Origin: SAR86 cluster bacterium SAR86E
GTDB taxonomy: Bacteria > Pseudomonadota > Gammaproteobacteria > Magnimaribacterales > D2472
Assembly (NCBI GenBank): GCA_000307935.1
Contig: AMWX01000008.1
Span: forward strand, 93,215 to 157,214
DNA: 64,000 bases
Reading direction: 5' to 3'
Position 1 is the stretch's first letter. Every line of letters begins with the position of its first letter. A model generated the notes under the pieces. The model did no database searches. It was not told the origin of the DNA and was given only the letters and a program-made list of their open reading frames with translations. Below, one piece after another: positions 31,423 to 41,277 of this stretch. The translations under genes and the position numbers were made by a program.

Positions 31423-32145
31423 TTAAGAAAACATCTCGCCAAAGTAACTTTCTTTTACTGTTGAGTTTTGAGTTAATTCTTCTTGCGTACCTTCAGCTAT
31501 TATTTTTCCATTATTTAGTATTAATGCACGATCACACAAGCTTAAGGTCTCCCTAACATTATGATCGGTAATTAATAATGCCATATCTTTTTTTGATATT
31601 GCTACAAGCAATTCCTTAATCTCTTCTACAGCAATTGGATCAATTCCAGCAAATGGCTCATCAAGAAGTAAAATGCTTGGCTGAGAGATCATTGTTCGTG
31701 CAATTTCAACTTTGCGCCTCTGACCTCCAGACAGCATTCTTCCTTTCAGACCTAAAATTGTATTAAGACTAAAGTCATCGATAATTTCTTTTACAAAATT
31801 TGTGTAGTCAGAACTTCCTGAGATTAATTCAGACATACCCATTAAATTTTGTTCAACTGTTAAATCTAAAAAAAGAGATGCTTCTTGAGGTAAATATACT
31901 AAACCATGTCTAGCCCGAATATGCATAGCATCTTTGCTAACATCTTTATCTCTAATAAATACCTTTCCTTTCTCAGAAAAAACAAGGCCTGCTGCAATAT
32001 AAAATGCAGTAGTTTTACCAGCTCCATTAGGTCCAAGCAATCCTACAATTTCATTTCTGTTGATTGAGAAGCTTATGTCAGATAGTATCTGGTTTCCGTT
32101 TATAGATTTATTTATATTCGAAAGTTTAAGATAAGCATTATTCAT
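31423..32145 (-). CDS. lptB: LPS export ABC transporter ATPase
   Basis: GLLGPNGAGKTT, YLPQEAS, LSGGQRR, DEPFAGIDP and ITDHNVRETL motifs. Confidence 0.96.
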   Translation of the reverse strand: MNNAYLKLSNINKSINGNQILSDISFSINRNEIVGLLGPNGAGKTTAFYIAAGLVFSEKGKVFIRDKDVSKDAMHIRARHGLVYLPQEASLFLDLTVEQNLMGMSELISGSSDYTNFVKEIIDDFSLNTILGLKGRMLSGGQRRKVEIARTMISQPSILLLDEPFAGIDPIAVEEIKELLVAISKKDMALLITDHNVRETLSLCDRALILNNGKIIAEGTQEELTQNSTVKESYFGEMFS

Positions 32146-32536
32146 TAGATAGAATTTGGTATGTAATTAAATTTGCATTTATAACGTTTCCTTGATTATT
32201 CAGCTCAGCATTTCCAATCATTTTCATTGCCTCATTGGGAAATATAATAAAGGTCTCTGCTTTTCCTTCGATTTTTTCAGATTTAATGGTTGCAGGATTT
32301 CCGAAAATTTTTAAACTTTCTTCGTCAAGTATTAAGGTAGCCTCATCTCCAGATATTAAATAATTTCCAAAAGAGATTTTTATGTCATCTAAAAAAGCTA
32401 AATTACCCTCAATTTCATTTAATGTAATTTCATTTGCCTGAATTGAAATATTTTGAAAATTGCTCAATGCACAGTTTGCATCGTTTATATATATACAACC
32501 AATAATCAAAAATAATGTTCTATAAAGTTCTTGCAT
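32138..32536 (-). CDS. lptA: LptA/OstA-like periplasmic LPS transport protein (divergent)
   Basis: Signal peptide, ISIQAN, GNPA, GNA and ITY jellyroll features; upstream of lptB; start probably ATG 32536. Confidence 0.75.
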   Translation of the reverse strand: MQELYRTLFLIIGCIYINDANCALSNFQNISIQANEITLNEIEGNLAFLDDIKISFGNYLISGDEATLILDEESLKIFGNPATIKSEKIEGKAETFIIFPNEAMKMIGNAELNNQGNVINANLITYQILSNE

Positions 32537-32543
32537 TAGTTTT

Positions 32544-33518
32544 CTAGATAATTCCCGATTCAAGTAATTGATGCATCGTTATTATTCCAAATTCACTTTT
32601 TTCCCCTTCATGAGGTTTAACAACAAGGCTAAGTATTTTATTCTTTTCCATAATTTCTGCCGCATCAATGGCTAAATCATCACCAAATATGCTTTTAAAA
32701 TTTGCTGTCATAATATCTTTTATATTTGTATTTTCTATGTCGACACCATTATTAAGACATCTCCTAAGATCACCGTCTGTGAAGACTCCTACGATCTCAC
32801 CATTGGCTTCAACCAACGTAAGGCCAAGTTTTTTTTCAGAGATAACAATTAGAGTATCTTTTAGTGAGGTTAGCTGATCAACAATAGGAGTCATTTCACC
32901 AATTGTTGCTATATCTTTAACGAGAGTTGTAAGTTTTTTTCCAAGTTGGCCGGCAGGATGCGACTTTGCAAAATCATCTCTGCTGAAACCTCGAGCTTCT
33001 AGCAGTGATATTGCTAAAGCATCCCCAAATACAAGCGCAATTGTTGTTGAAGACGTTGGAGCTAGATCGAGAGGGCAGGCTTCTTCGGCTGCATTTATTG
33101 CAAGACTAATTTTCCCAGCTTTAGATATAGTGGAATGAAGGGTATTAGTAACTGTGTAAATATTTGCTGTAGCTCTTTTTAAGGCAGGCAATATTTCAAT
33201 AATTTCCTTTGTCTCACCAGAGTTAGAAAAAATTAATACAGCATCATTTTTTCCAACCATTCCTAAGTCCCCATGAGCAGCTTCCGTAGGATGAATAAAA
33301 AATGAGGGAGTGCCCGTAGAAGATAAGGTAGCGGAAATTTTTTGAGCAACATGTCCTGATTTACCTATGCCCATAAGAATTAACTTGCCTTTTAGTTGAA
33401 TTATTTCCTCACATAAATCATCAAATGTAGGTTGAATTTGCTTGGCCAATTCAAGCACTGCATTCCCTTCGATTGTGATTACTGCCCTAGCTGAATCAAT
33501 AAAGGTTTTTGCTTTCAT
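32544..33518 (-). CDS. kdsD: arabinose-5-phosphate isomerase (KdsD/KpsF)
   Basis: GIGKSGH, EAAHGDLG, LAPTSST and HPAGQLG motifs; CBS pair. Confidence 0.95.
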   Translation of the reverse strand: MKAKTFIDSARAVITIEGNAVLELAKQIQPTFDDLCEEIIQLKGKLILMGIGKSGHVAQKISATLSSTGTPSFFIHPTEAAHGDLGMVGKNDAVLIFSNSGETKEIIEILPALKRATANIYTVTNTLHSTISKAGKISLAINAAEEACPLDLAPTSSTTIALVFGDALAISLLEARGFSRDDFAKSHPAGQLGKKLTTLVKDIATIGEMTPIVDQLTSLKDTLIVISEKKLGLTLVEANGEIVGVFTDGDLRRCLNNGVDIENTNIKDIMTANFKSIFGDDLAIDAAEIMEKNKILSLVVKPHEGEKSEFGIITMHQLLESGII

Positions 33519-33558
33519 AATTTAAATTTAGTTATTTTACTAATGATATAATAACTAT

Positions 33559-34170
33559 ATGAATATATCTTTGAAATCTGTTGCGATGCTTGTTGTTATT
33601 GCAAGCATTAATTTATCTAGCTCTGCATCAGTCAATCCTCACATTTATATTGATCAGCAAGCTCAAAAAATGGTTTCTGTGATTACAGAAAATGAGGATT
33701 TATATTCTCAGGATCCTGATTTATTTATCTCAAAGATTAATTATATCTTTGAACCCATGGTAGATTTTAGAAGAGTGGGAGCAAGCGTCATGGGAAAGAA
33801 ATATTATTTAGCTGCAACCAAAGAACAGCGCATAGAATTCATTAAAGCTTTTAAGAGCTCACTTCTGAATACATATTCGTCCACTCTTGCACAATGGGGA
33901 GATCAAAAAATTGAAACCATTTTTCCTGATGAGGCAAACTATACAAAGGTTGTAGATGTGCAACAAAATCTAATAACATCTAGCAACATTTATCCAATTA
34001 CTTATAAAGTGAGAAATGATGGTAGTGGAAATTGGCTGATTATTAACATAATTGTAAATGGAGTAAATCTTGGGCTGACTTTTAGAAATCAGTTTCAAGC
34101 TTTGGCTACAGAACATAGCGAAAATATAGATCTAATTATTCAAAATTGGACCTCAGACGCCAACCTTTAA
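33559..34170 (+). CDS. mlaC: phospholipid-binding periplasmic protein MlaC/Ttg2D
   Basis: Signal peptide, VDF...VMGK.Y..AT..QR..F and W.IINIIVNGVNL..TFRNQF motifs. Confidence 0.92.
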   Translation: MNISLKSVAMLVVIASINLSSSASVNPHIYIDQQAQKMVSVITENEDLYSQDPDLFISKINYIFEPMVDFRRVGASVMGKKYYLAATKEQRIEFIKAFKSSLLNTYSSTLAQWGDQKIETIFPDEANYTKVVDVQQNLITSSNIYPITYKVRNDGSGNWLIINIIVNGVNLGLTFRNQFQALATEHSENIDLIIQNWTSDANL

Positions 34171-34187
34171 TCTCTTAATTTAAAAAG

Positions 34188-34409
34188 ATGGATATAAAAA
34201 AACTAATAGAAACCTCCTTCCCTGATGCAAAGGTTCAATTTGAAGGCGAGGACTGTAATTCCAAATTACTAATTATTAGCGAACAGTTTGCAGGAATGTC
34301 CTCTCTAAATAGGCATAAGCTAATAATGAACACTCTAAAAGATAGATTTAAATCTGGTGAATTGCATGCATTAAGTTTATCTACAAGAACTCCATCTGAG
34401 GTTGGCTGA
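34188..34409 (+). CDS. BolA/IbaG family protein
   Basis: IISEQFAGMSSLNRHKLI...LHALS motif; between mlaC and murA. Confidence 0.92.
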   Translation: MDIKKLIETSFPDAKVQFEGEDCNSKLLIISEQFAGMSSLNRHKLIMNTLKDRFKSGELHALSLSTRTPSEVG

Positions 34410-34411
34410 GC

Positions 34412-35671
34412 ATGGAAAAGCTTAAAATAGTTGGTGGCAATAAACTATCAGGTACAATTTCTTGCTCTGGAGCAAAAAATGCTGCGCTGCCAATGCTTGC
34501 TGCAACCATTTTGTCAGATAAACCTGTAACTTTTAAAAATCTTCCATATTTGCAAGACATAACAACGATGTTTGAGATTCTTGGTTCTATGGGCGCTGAT
34601 ATTACACTTAATGAGTCCATGGATTTTATTATCTCTACAGCTAACCTTAATGATTTTGAGGCTCGTTATGAGCTTGTAAAAACTATGAGAGCATCGATAT
34701 TAGTGCTAGGTTCTTTGGTGGCTAAACATGGCTTCGCAAGAATTGCATTGCCTGGAGGGTGTGCTATTGGATCTCGTCCAGTAAATTTCCATCTTGATGC
34801 ATTGGAGCAGCTTGGGGCAAAGATTGAACTTAAGAGCGGCTATATTGAAGCTAGTTGTTCCAAATTAGTTGGGTGTGAAATTAATTTTCCAGGTATATCT
34901 GTCACTGGAACAGAAAATATCATGATGGCTGCAGTATTGGCAAAAGGGCAAACCATACTAAGAAATGTTGCAAAAGAACCAGAAGTAGAGGATTTAGCTA
35001 ACTTTTTAAATTCAATGGGAGCAAAAGTTTCTGGAGCAGGAACTGATGAGATAGTAATTGATGGTGTAGATGTACTAAATGAGTCTGTATTTGAAATTCC
35101 TGCTGATAGGATAGAGGCTGGGACATATCTCATAGCTGCTGCAATTACTGGAGGAGATGTAACAATTCATAATATTGATGCTAAACGCATGAACAATATT
35201 ATTGACAAATTGAAGCTAAGTGGAGCTGCCATTTCAGTGTTTAATTCAAGCATCTCACTTGAAATGAGCAACAAAACACTTAAACCTGTAGATATATCTA
35301 CTGCTCCCTATCCAGGTTTTCCTACTGATATGCAAGCTCAATTTACGGTTCTTAATTCTTTATCTTCCGGTCCCTCAGTTGTATCTGAGAATGTATTCGA
35401 AAACAGGTTTATGCATGTACAAGAGTTAAATCGTATGGGGTGTGATATTACAATTAAGGGTAACAACGCATTTGTAAAGGGTGTCTCTAACCTTAACGGA
35501 GCCCCAGTTATGGCAACTGATTTGAGGGCTTCCGCAAGTTTAATTTTGGCTGGGTTGTGTGCAAGCGGCGAGACAATAGTAGATAGGATTTATCACATTG
35601 ATCGAGGTTATGAGCGAATTGAAGAAAAGCTTTCATACCTTGGGGCAAACATCACAAGACTGCCAAACTAG
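34412..35671 (+). CDS. murA: UDP-N-acetylglucosamine 1-carboxyvinyltransferase
   Basis: GAKNAALP, LPGGCAIGSRP (catalytic Cys), PGFPTDMQ and ATDLRA motifs. Confidence 0.98.
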   Translation: MEKLKIVGGNKLSGTISCSGAKNAALPMLAATILSDKPVTFKNLPYLQDITTMFEILGSMGADITLNESMDFIISTANLNDFEARYELVKTMRASILVLGSLVAKHGFARIALPGGCAIGSRPVNFHLDALEQLGAKIELKSGYIEASCSKLVGCEINFPGISVTGTENIMMAAVLAKGQTILRNVAKEPEVEDLANFLNSMGAKVSGAGTDEIVIDGVDVLNESVFEIPADRIEAGTYLIAAAITGGDVTIHNIDAKRMNNIIDKLKLSGAAISVFNSSISLEMSNKTLKPVDISTAPYPGFPTDMQAQFTVLNSLSSGPSVVSENVFENRFMHVQELNRMGCDITIKGNNAFVKGVSNLNGAPVMATDLRASASLILAGLCASGETIVDRIYHIDRGYERIEEKLSYLGANITRLPN

Positions 35672-36669
35672 GAATTCATACCAACCGTCTTTATTTCTGA
35701 AAAATTAATCCTATTTTCATCAAGGGTCTCAAAAGTAATTTTATCTCCTGGAAAAGAATTGTTTAAAGCCCGTGTTAAATTTTCCCATGTTGCTTGAGCA
35801 CCATTAATTTTAATAATGATATTTCCCTGTCTAATTTTACTTTCATCAAAAAGTGGGCCATAGTTTTTTAAGTCTAATATTTCTAAACCATTGGTTAGCT
35901 TTGAGTTGAGTAAAAAACGCCTAGGTCTAACCCTAAAATCACCGATCCACGATCGCTTGACTGAACCAAATTTAATTATTTCAGATGCAACTTCAATCAT
36001 TTTATTTGCTGGAAGGGCGAATCCAATACCCGAATATGAACCTGTTTTAGAAAATATTTTTGTGTTCATTCCAATTAAATTACCTCTATGATTGATTAAC
36101 GCTCCTCCAGAATTTCCTGGATTAATAGCAGCATCAGTTTGAATTAATTCAAGATATGGATTGCCATAATCTCTCCCAGTTGCACTTATAATTCCACTTG
36201 TAACTGTTTTTCCAAGACCAAATGCATTCCCAATTGCTATGACATTATCGCCAATCCGCACGTTCTCACTATCAGAGATCTCTATGGGAGTTAACTCAAT
36301 TGCAGGATCAATTTTAAGGACCGCTAGGTCTGATCTTTGATCAAATCCAATTAACCTAGCAGAGAATGTTAAACCTTGTTCGAGCTCAACCTTAATTTCT
36401 TTATTGCCTTGCACAACATGAAAATTGGTAACTATATAACCTTCTTTGGAGATTATTATGCCTGAGCCAACAAGATTCCCTTCATTCCTTTGATTGAAAA
36501 AATTAAGATTGTTTTTAATATTTGAATAGATATTCACAACAGAGGGATCAGCCTTATCAATTCCATTAATATAATTTTTACTGCCAGGCTCCTGGATTGA
36601 AATATATGTGATCAGGGAGAGAAGAATTAAAAAGTTTATTCTAGAAAGCTTATTTTTAAAAAATTTCAT
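35668..36669 (-). CDS. degS: DegS/AlgW-like HtrA serine protease with PDZ domain
   Basis: TNFHVV, SDLAVL and QTDAAINPGNSGG triad; N-terminal TM; start probably ATG 36669. Confidence 0.88.
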   Translation of the reverse strand: MKFFKNKLSRINFLILLSLITYISIQEPGSKNYINGIDKADPSVVNIYSNIKNNLNFFNQRNEGNLVGSGIIISKEGYIVTNFHVVQGNKEIKVELEQGLTFSARLIGFDQRSDLAVLKIDPAIELTPIEISDSENVRIGDNVIAIGNAFGLGKTVTSGIISATGRDYGNPYLELIQTDAAINPGNSGGALINHRGNLIGMNTKIFSKTGSYSGIGFALPANKMIEVASEIIKFGSVKRSWIGDFRVRPRRFLLNSKLTNGLEILDLKNYGPLFDESKIRQGNIIIKINGAQATWENLTRALNNSFPGDKITFETLDENRINFSEIKTVGMNS

Positions 36670-36688
36670 ACAATTGTTACCTAGCACT

Positions 36689-37741
36689 ATGAAAGATATA
36701 CAAATTGTACTTGAGAATCTATCTTCTCAAGGTATTAAAATAGACCAGCATCAAAAACAATTTATTTTAGAGTTTCTCTCTGCAGACGATTTGTTCAAAA
36801 AGCCTTCATTTTTTTCTAAAGGAAGAGGACTGGGAAATATTTATCTTTGGGGGCCAGTTGGCAGGGGAAAGACAATGCTACTCAATGCAATTTTAGAATC
36901 ATATTTTCAAGATTTTGGTAAATTTCATTTTTTAGAACTTATGCAAATGATTCATAAAAAGCTTGCAAACTTCACTGGCCAGAAAAATCCATTAATCAAA
37001 GTAACCCAATCTATTGCCGAAGAGCATTCAGTTATTTTGATTGATGAGTTTCAAGTAGAGGATATTGCTGATGCAATGATCGTTGGAAATATTTTCAAAG
37101 CTTTGATTGGTCATGGAACTAGAATAATGCTGTCATCAAATGCTGAACCAGGTGAATTGTATAAAGAAGGGCTTCAAAGAGCTAAATTTCTTCAAACCAT
37201 AGAATTAATTACTTCTCATTTCAAGGTTTTCAATCTCATTGGCTCTGAAGATTATCGTTTAAAAGAAATTGCATCTTTTGATGATGATCTTATTGAGGCC
37301 AACACTAATCAAAAAATAAGATCTTTCTTACAAAGCACATTTGATATTGAATTAAGCTCTAAAAGCTCTTTTGAAATTAATAATAGATCTTTCCCTTGCC
37401 TAGAATCGTTTTCAGATAAATTTCTATGGTTATCCTTTAAAGATTTTTTCTCTCAGCCTTGTTCAAGCATAGATTTCATTGAGATGGTCAAGAAATTCGA
37501 TTGGATTTTTATCAATGACTTCCATCATTGCTCAGATGATAATATAGATAAAATAAGACGATTTATAAGTTTTATTGACATAGCCTATCAGGAAAAACAA
37601 AAAATGAAGTTTTTTTATACTCAAGGCATAGAATCAAATCTCTATTCCGGAGTCCTGCTACAAAAATTTTGGGAAAGATCAGCGAGCAGATTGCACGAAA
37701 TCTCCACAAAAAAATATCTTAAGAATTTAAAGAAAAATTAA
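36689..37741 (+). CDS. zapE: cell division ATPase ZapE (AFG1 family)
   Basis: YLWGPVGRGKT, DEFQVEDIADAM, LYKEGLQRAKF and DYR motifs; start probably ATG 36689. Confidence 0.93.
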   Translation: MKDIQIVLENLSSQGIKIDQHQKQFILEFLSADDLFKKPSFFSKGRGLGNIYLWGPVGRGKTMLLNAILESYFQDFGKFHFLELMQMIHKKLANFTGQKNPLIKVTQSIAEEHSVILIDEFQVEDIADAMIVGNIFKALIGHGTRIMLSSNAEPGELYKEGLQRAKFLQTIELITSHFKVFNLIGSEDYRLKEIASFDDDLIEANTNQKIRSFLQSTFDIELSSKSSFEINNRSFPCLESFSDKFLWLSFKDFFSQPCSSIDFIEMVKKFDWIFINDFHHCSDDNIDKIRRFISFIDIAYQEKQKMKFFYTQGIESNLYSGVLLQKFWERSASRLHEISTKKYLKNLKKN

Positions 37742-37759
37742 ACTAAATGCATTAAAATA

Positions 37760-37788
37760 TTGATTAAATAGCTCTTAAACATTAACAT
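37760..37788 (+). promoter_or_regulatory. putative sigma70 promoter of rplM-rpsI
   Basis: TTGATT-N17-TAACAT. Confidence 0.6.
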
Positions 37789-37822
37789 TCGCATCTAATT
37801 TTTTTCTTTAATATAAATTGCA

Positions 37823-38257
37823 ATGAAAACTCTTTCACTCAGAAAAGAAGACGCTCAACATGACTGGTATGTTGTTGATGCTTCTGACAAAATCCTAGGC
37901 CGCTTGGCAGTTAAAATTGCTGACCGCATCAGAGGTAAAGATAAGCCAACATTTACGCCCCATACAGACGGTGGTGACTATGTTGTGGTAATCAACGCTG
38001 AGAAGATTCAAGTAACTGGAAAAAAATATGATGACAAAAAATATTATACTCACTCACTTTATCCCGGCGGTCTAAAAACTAAGGCTTTTAAAGATGTCTT
38101 GGATGATAAGCCAGAATATATCATTGAGGAGGCAGTTAAGGGCATGCTTCCTAAAAATAAACTTGGAAAACAAATGTTCAAAAAACTTAAAGTGTACAAG
38201 GGTGAAAGTCACCCGCACGAATCGCAAGAACCTCAAATCTGGGAACCAAAAATATGA
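37823..38257 (+). CDS. rplM: 50S ribosomal protein L13
   Basis: [21 protein letters not shown] and VKGMLPKN motifs. Confidence 0.98.
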   Translation: MKTLSLRKEDAQHDWYVVDASDKILGRLAVKIADRIRGKDKPTFTPHTDGGDYVVVINAEKIQVTGKKYDDKKYYTHSLYPGGLKTKAFKDVLDDKPEYIIEEAVKGMLPKNKLGKQMFKKLKVYKGESHPHESQEPQIWEPKI

Positions 38258-38646
38258 GCACCGCAATTCACTATGCAACAGGAAGAAGGAAGACCTCTTC
38301 AGCACGAGTATATCTTTCAAAGGGCAAAGGAAAAATTTTAGTAAATAATAAAGAGCTATCAAACTACTTTGGTAGACAGGTTGCACAAATGCTTGTTATG
38401 CAACCTTTAAAACTTACTGAATTGGATGAGCAGGTAGATATTAAAGCAATGGTCAAAGGCGGGGGAAGCTTTGGGCAGGCTGGAGCCATTCGGCATGGTA
38501 TCTCAAGAGCTTTGTTGGAGTACGATGAAGCACTCAGGCCTCAGTTAAAATCAGCTGGATTTCTCACCAGAGATGATAGAAAAGTAGAAAGAAAGAAACC
38601 AGGATTAAAGAAGGCAAGAAAAAGCTCTCAATTTTCCAAACGTTAA
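38254..38646 (+). CDS. rpsI: 30S ribosomal protein S9
   Basis: [21 protein letters not shown]-terminal QFSKR. Confidence 0.98.
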   Translation: MSTAIHYATGRRKTSSARVYLSKGKGKILVNNKELSNYFGRQVAQMLVMQPLKLTELDEQVDIKAMVKGGGSFGQAGAIRHGISRALLEYDEALRPQLKSAGFLTRDDRKVERKKPGLKKARKSSQFSKR

Positions 38647-38656
38647 TTTCTACTTT

Positions 38657-39241
38657 ATGGAAGAAAAAACTACCACGCGAAGAAAAGTACTGATCGGCAT
38701 GACCTCAGCAGTAGGTGCGGTAGGAGCCTCATTTGCTGCCGTTCCTTTTATTGCCTCATGGAACCCTAGTGCAAAAGCAAAAGCCGTCGGAGGTCCTGTA
38801 AAAATTGATGTATCTAAGATGCAGATTGGACAAAAAATTCAAGTATCTTGGAGAAAGCAGCCTGTCTTTGTCATTCGTCACAGCAAAGAGGCTCTAGAAA
38901 GTCTTCCGCAAGTTGAATCCAAGCTTGATGATCCTAGCTCATTAAAAATTGATGAACCATATAGAGATATTAATCCAACTCTATCTACTTCAACTGAATA
39001 TACAGTAATTGCGGGTGTCTGTACTCATCTAGGATGTGCACCAAAATATTATCCTGAGATGGAATCTCAGCCATGGGACGAATCTTGGGTAGGAGGATTT
39101 TTTTGCCCCTGCCATGGATCAATGTTCGATATTGTTGGGAGAGTATTTAAAGGAGTTCCAGCACCAACCAATTTAAAGGTTCCGCCACATTATTTTGACG
39201 GAAATATATTAACAATAGGGGAAGAAAGAGGCACTGCATAA
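38657..39241 (+). CDS. petA: ubiquinol-cytochrome c reductase Rieske Fe-S subunit
   Basis: Tat signal RRKVL, CTHLGC and CPCHGS motifs. Confidence 0.97.
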   Translation: MEEKTTTRRKVLIGMTSAVGAVGASFAAVPFIASWNPSAKAKAVGGPVKIDVSKMQIGQKIQVSWRKQPVFVIRHSKEALESLPQVESKLDDPSSLKIDEPYRDINPTLSTSTEYTVIAGVCTHLGCAPKYYPEMESQPWDESWVGGFFCPCHGSMFDIVGRVFKGVPAPTNLKVPPHYFDGNILTIGEERGTA

Positions 39242-40458
39242 TGACCCAAAAATCATCAGGATTTTTTAATTGGATAAATACCCGTTTACCTATTGTAAAT
39301 ACATATGAACGTCATTTATCTAAACATCCCGTACCTAAAAAAGTTAATTTTTGGTACATGTTTGGTGCCTTAGCATCTGTTGTATTAATTATTCAGATTG
39401 TTTCAGGCATTTGGTTGATGTTTGGGTATGAGAACACCGAGGAAGGCGCCTTCGCTTCAATCGAATATATCATGAGAGATATAGAGTATGGGTGGATCAT
39501 CAGATATATGCATACTACCGGCGCTTCAATGTTTTTTGCTGTCGTATACCTTCATATGTTCAGAGGGCTTTTATATGGCTCATATCACAAGCCTAGAGAG
39601 CTTGTATGGGTTTTTGGAATGACTATTTATCTAGTGATGATGGCGGAAGGTTTTCTGGGATATGTTCTGCCGTATGGGCAAATGTCTTATTGGGGTGCCC
39701 AAGTTATTATTTCATTGTTTGGAGCTATTCCTTACATCGGTGAATCATTAGAAATATGGGTTAGAGGCGACTACTACATATCTGGAGCTACAATTTCACG
39801 GTTCTTTGCTCTTCATGTTGTGGCATTACCACTTATATTAATTGCACTAGTCTTTATGCATTTAGTTGCCTTGCATGAGGTTGGAGCAGGAAATCCAGAG
39901 GGCGTAGATATAGAAAAGCATTTAGATGAAAACGGCGTGCCACTTGATAGTGTCCCATTTTTTCCTTACAAAGTTTTAAATGCCCTAGTCGCGATCGGGA
40001 TATTCGGTATTGTGTTTTCAATTATCTTATTCTTCTTTCCCGAGGGTGGTGGATATATGTTAGAGCTTGCGAATTTTGAAGAGGCTAATCCACTTAGTAC
40101 CCCAGAGCATATTGCTCCAGTTTGGTACTATTCTCCATATTACGCCATGCTAAGAGCCGTTCCAGATAAGCTAGGCGGTCTTGTGGTAATGGGTGCAGCC
40201 ATCGCTATATTATTTGTAGTTCCATGGCTTGATAGAAGTAAGGCTGCTTCAATCAGATACAAAGGTGTTCTTAGTAAAATTGCAATGACAGTATTCATAT
40301 TAAGTTGGCTAATGTTAGCTTGGCTTGGTACCGTCCCTGTTACTGCACTAAGGACTACCCTTAGCATTATTGGAACCATTATTTACTTTGCATTTTTCCT
40401 TTTAATGCCAATATACACATCAATTGAAAAAACAAAGCCGGTGCCTGAAAGATTATGA
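39241..40458 (+). CDS. petB: cytochrome b of bc1 complex
   Basis: RYMHTTGAS, GQMSYWGA and PVWY motifs. Confidence 0.97.
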   Translation: MTQKSSGFFNWINTRLPIVNTYERHLSKHPVPKKVNFWYMFGALASVVLIIQIVSGIWLMFGYENTEEGAFASIEYIMRDIEYGWIIRYMHTTGASMFFAVVYLHMFRGLLYGSYHKPRELVWVFGMTIYLVMMAEGFLGYVLPYGQMSYWGAQVIISLFGAIPYIGESLEIWVRGDYYISGATISRFFALHVVALPLILIALVFMHLVALHEVGAGNPEGVDIEKHLDENGVPLDSVPFFPYKVLNALVAIGIFGIVFSIILFFFPEGGGYMLELANFEEANPLSTPEHIAPVWYYSPYYAMLRAVPDKLGGLVVMGAAIAILFVVPWLDRSKAASIRYKGVLSKIAMTVFILSWLMLAWLGTVPVTALRTTLSIIGTIIYFAFFLLMPIYTSIEKTKPVPERL

Positions 40459-41252
40459 AAAAACTTTTTATAGTTATTTTTTTATTTTTTGGTTCGCAAG
40501 AAATCTTTTCTGCAGGTGGAGCACCATGTGGCGATTACGGTGAATGTGATTCATTTAAGCCCGAGCTTGAGAATATCGAATCTTTGCAATTGGGCGCATT
40601 AACTTTTATTAACCATTGCTATGGCTGCCACTCACTTAAATACTCTCGATGGGGAAGAGTTGCCTCAGACCTCGATATTCCCGAAGAAATCTTTAGTAAT
40701 AATTTAGTCTTTGGAAAAGACGTCAAGCTGGGCGACAGAATGACCGGTTCAATGGAGCCCTCAGTCTCTGAGACATGGTTTGGAATTGCACCGCCTGATC
40801 TTACCCTCGTCACTAGGTTACATGGCTCAGATTGGGTCTATACTTATCTCAGAACATTTTATGAAGACTCATCTAAACCATATGGTGTAAACAATATGGT
40901 ATACCCTGGAGCAGCCATGCCTAATGTTTTAGCATCTCTCCAAGGCCAACAAATACTAGCATGCAAAGATGTGCCAATGATTGCTAGCAATGGCGGAGTG
41001 AGAAGAGACGAATTTGGCAATGATATTACCGAAGAAAAGTGCGGTTACTTAAAGACTATTGAAGATTCAGGATCTCTGTCTGTTGAAGAGTTCGATGAGG
41101 TAATATTCAATCTTGTTAATTTTATGACTTACGTTGGCGAGCCAAGTAGAGTAGATAGAGAACGAATGGGCTGGTATGCAATATTATTTTTTGTTGTCTT
41201 TACAGCTCTTTCCTATCTTCTTTTTAGAGAATACCAAAAGGACTATCACTAA
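40455..41252 (+). CDS. petC: cytochrome c1
   Basis: CYGCH heme motif, PPDL, MPNVL, C-terminal TM helix. Confidence 0.96.
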   Translation: MKKLFIVIFLFFGSQEIFSAGGAPCGDYGECDSFKPELENIESLQLGALTFINHCYGCHSLKYSRWGRVASDLDIPEEIFSNNLVFGKDVKLGDRMTGSMEPSVSETWFGIAPPDLTLVTRLHGSDWVYTYLRTFYEDSSKPYGVNNMVYPGAAMPNVLASLQGQQILACKDVPMIASNGGVRRDEFGNDITEEKCGYLKTIEDSGSLSVEEFDEVIFNLVNFMTYVGEPSRVDRERMGWYAILFFVVFTALSYLLFREYQKDYH

Positions 41253-41277
41253 ATTTAATTTAACACAAAGAGGAAGC

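Noticed and set aside
40110-40135. PVWY instead of PEWY in cytochrome b
   Set aside because: PVWY is a known Qo-motif variant in Beta- and Gammaproteobacteria
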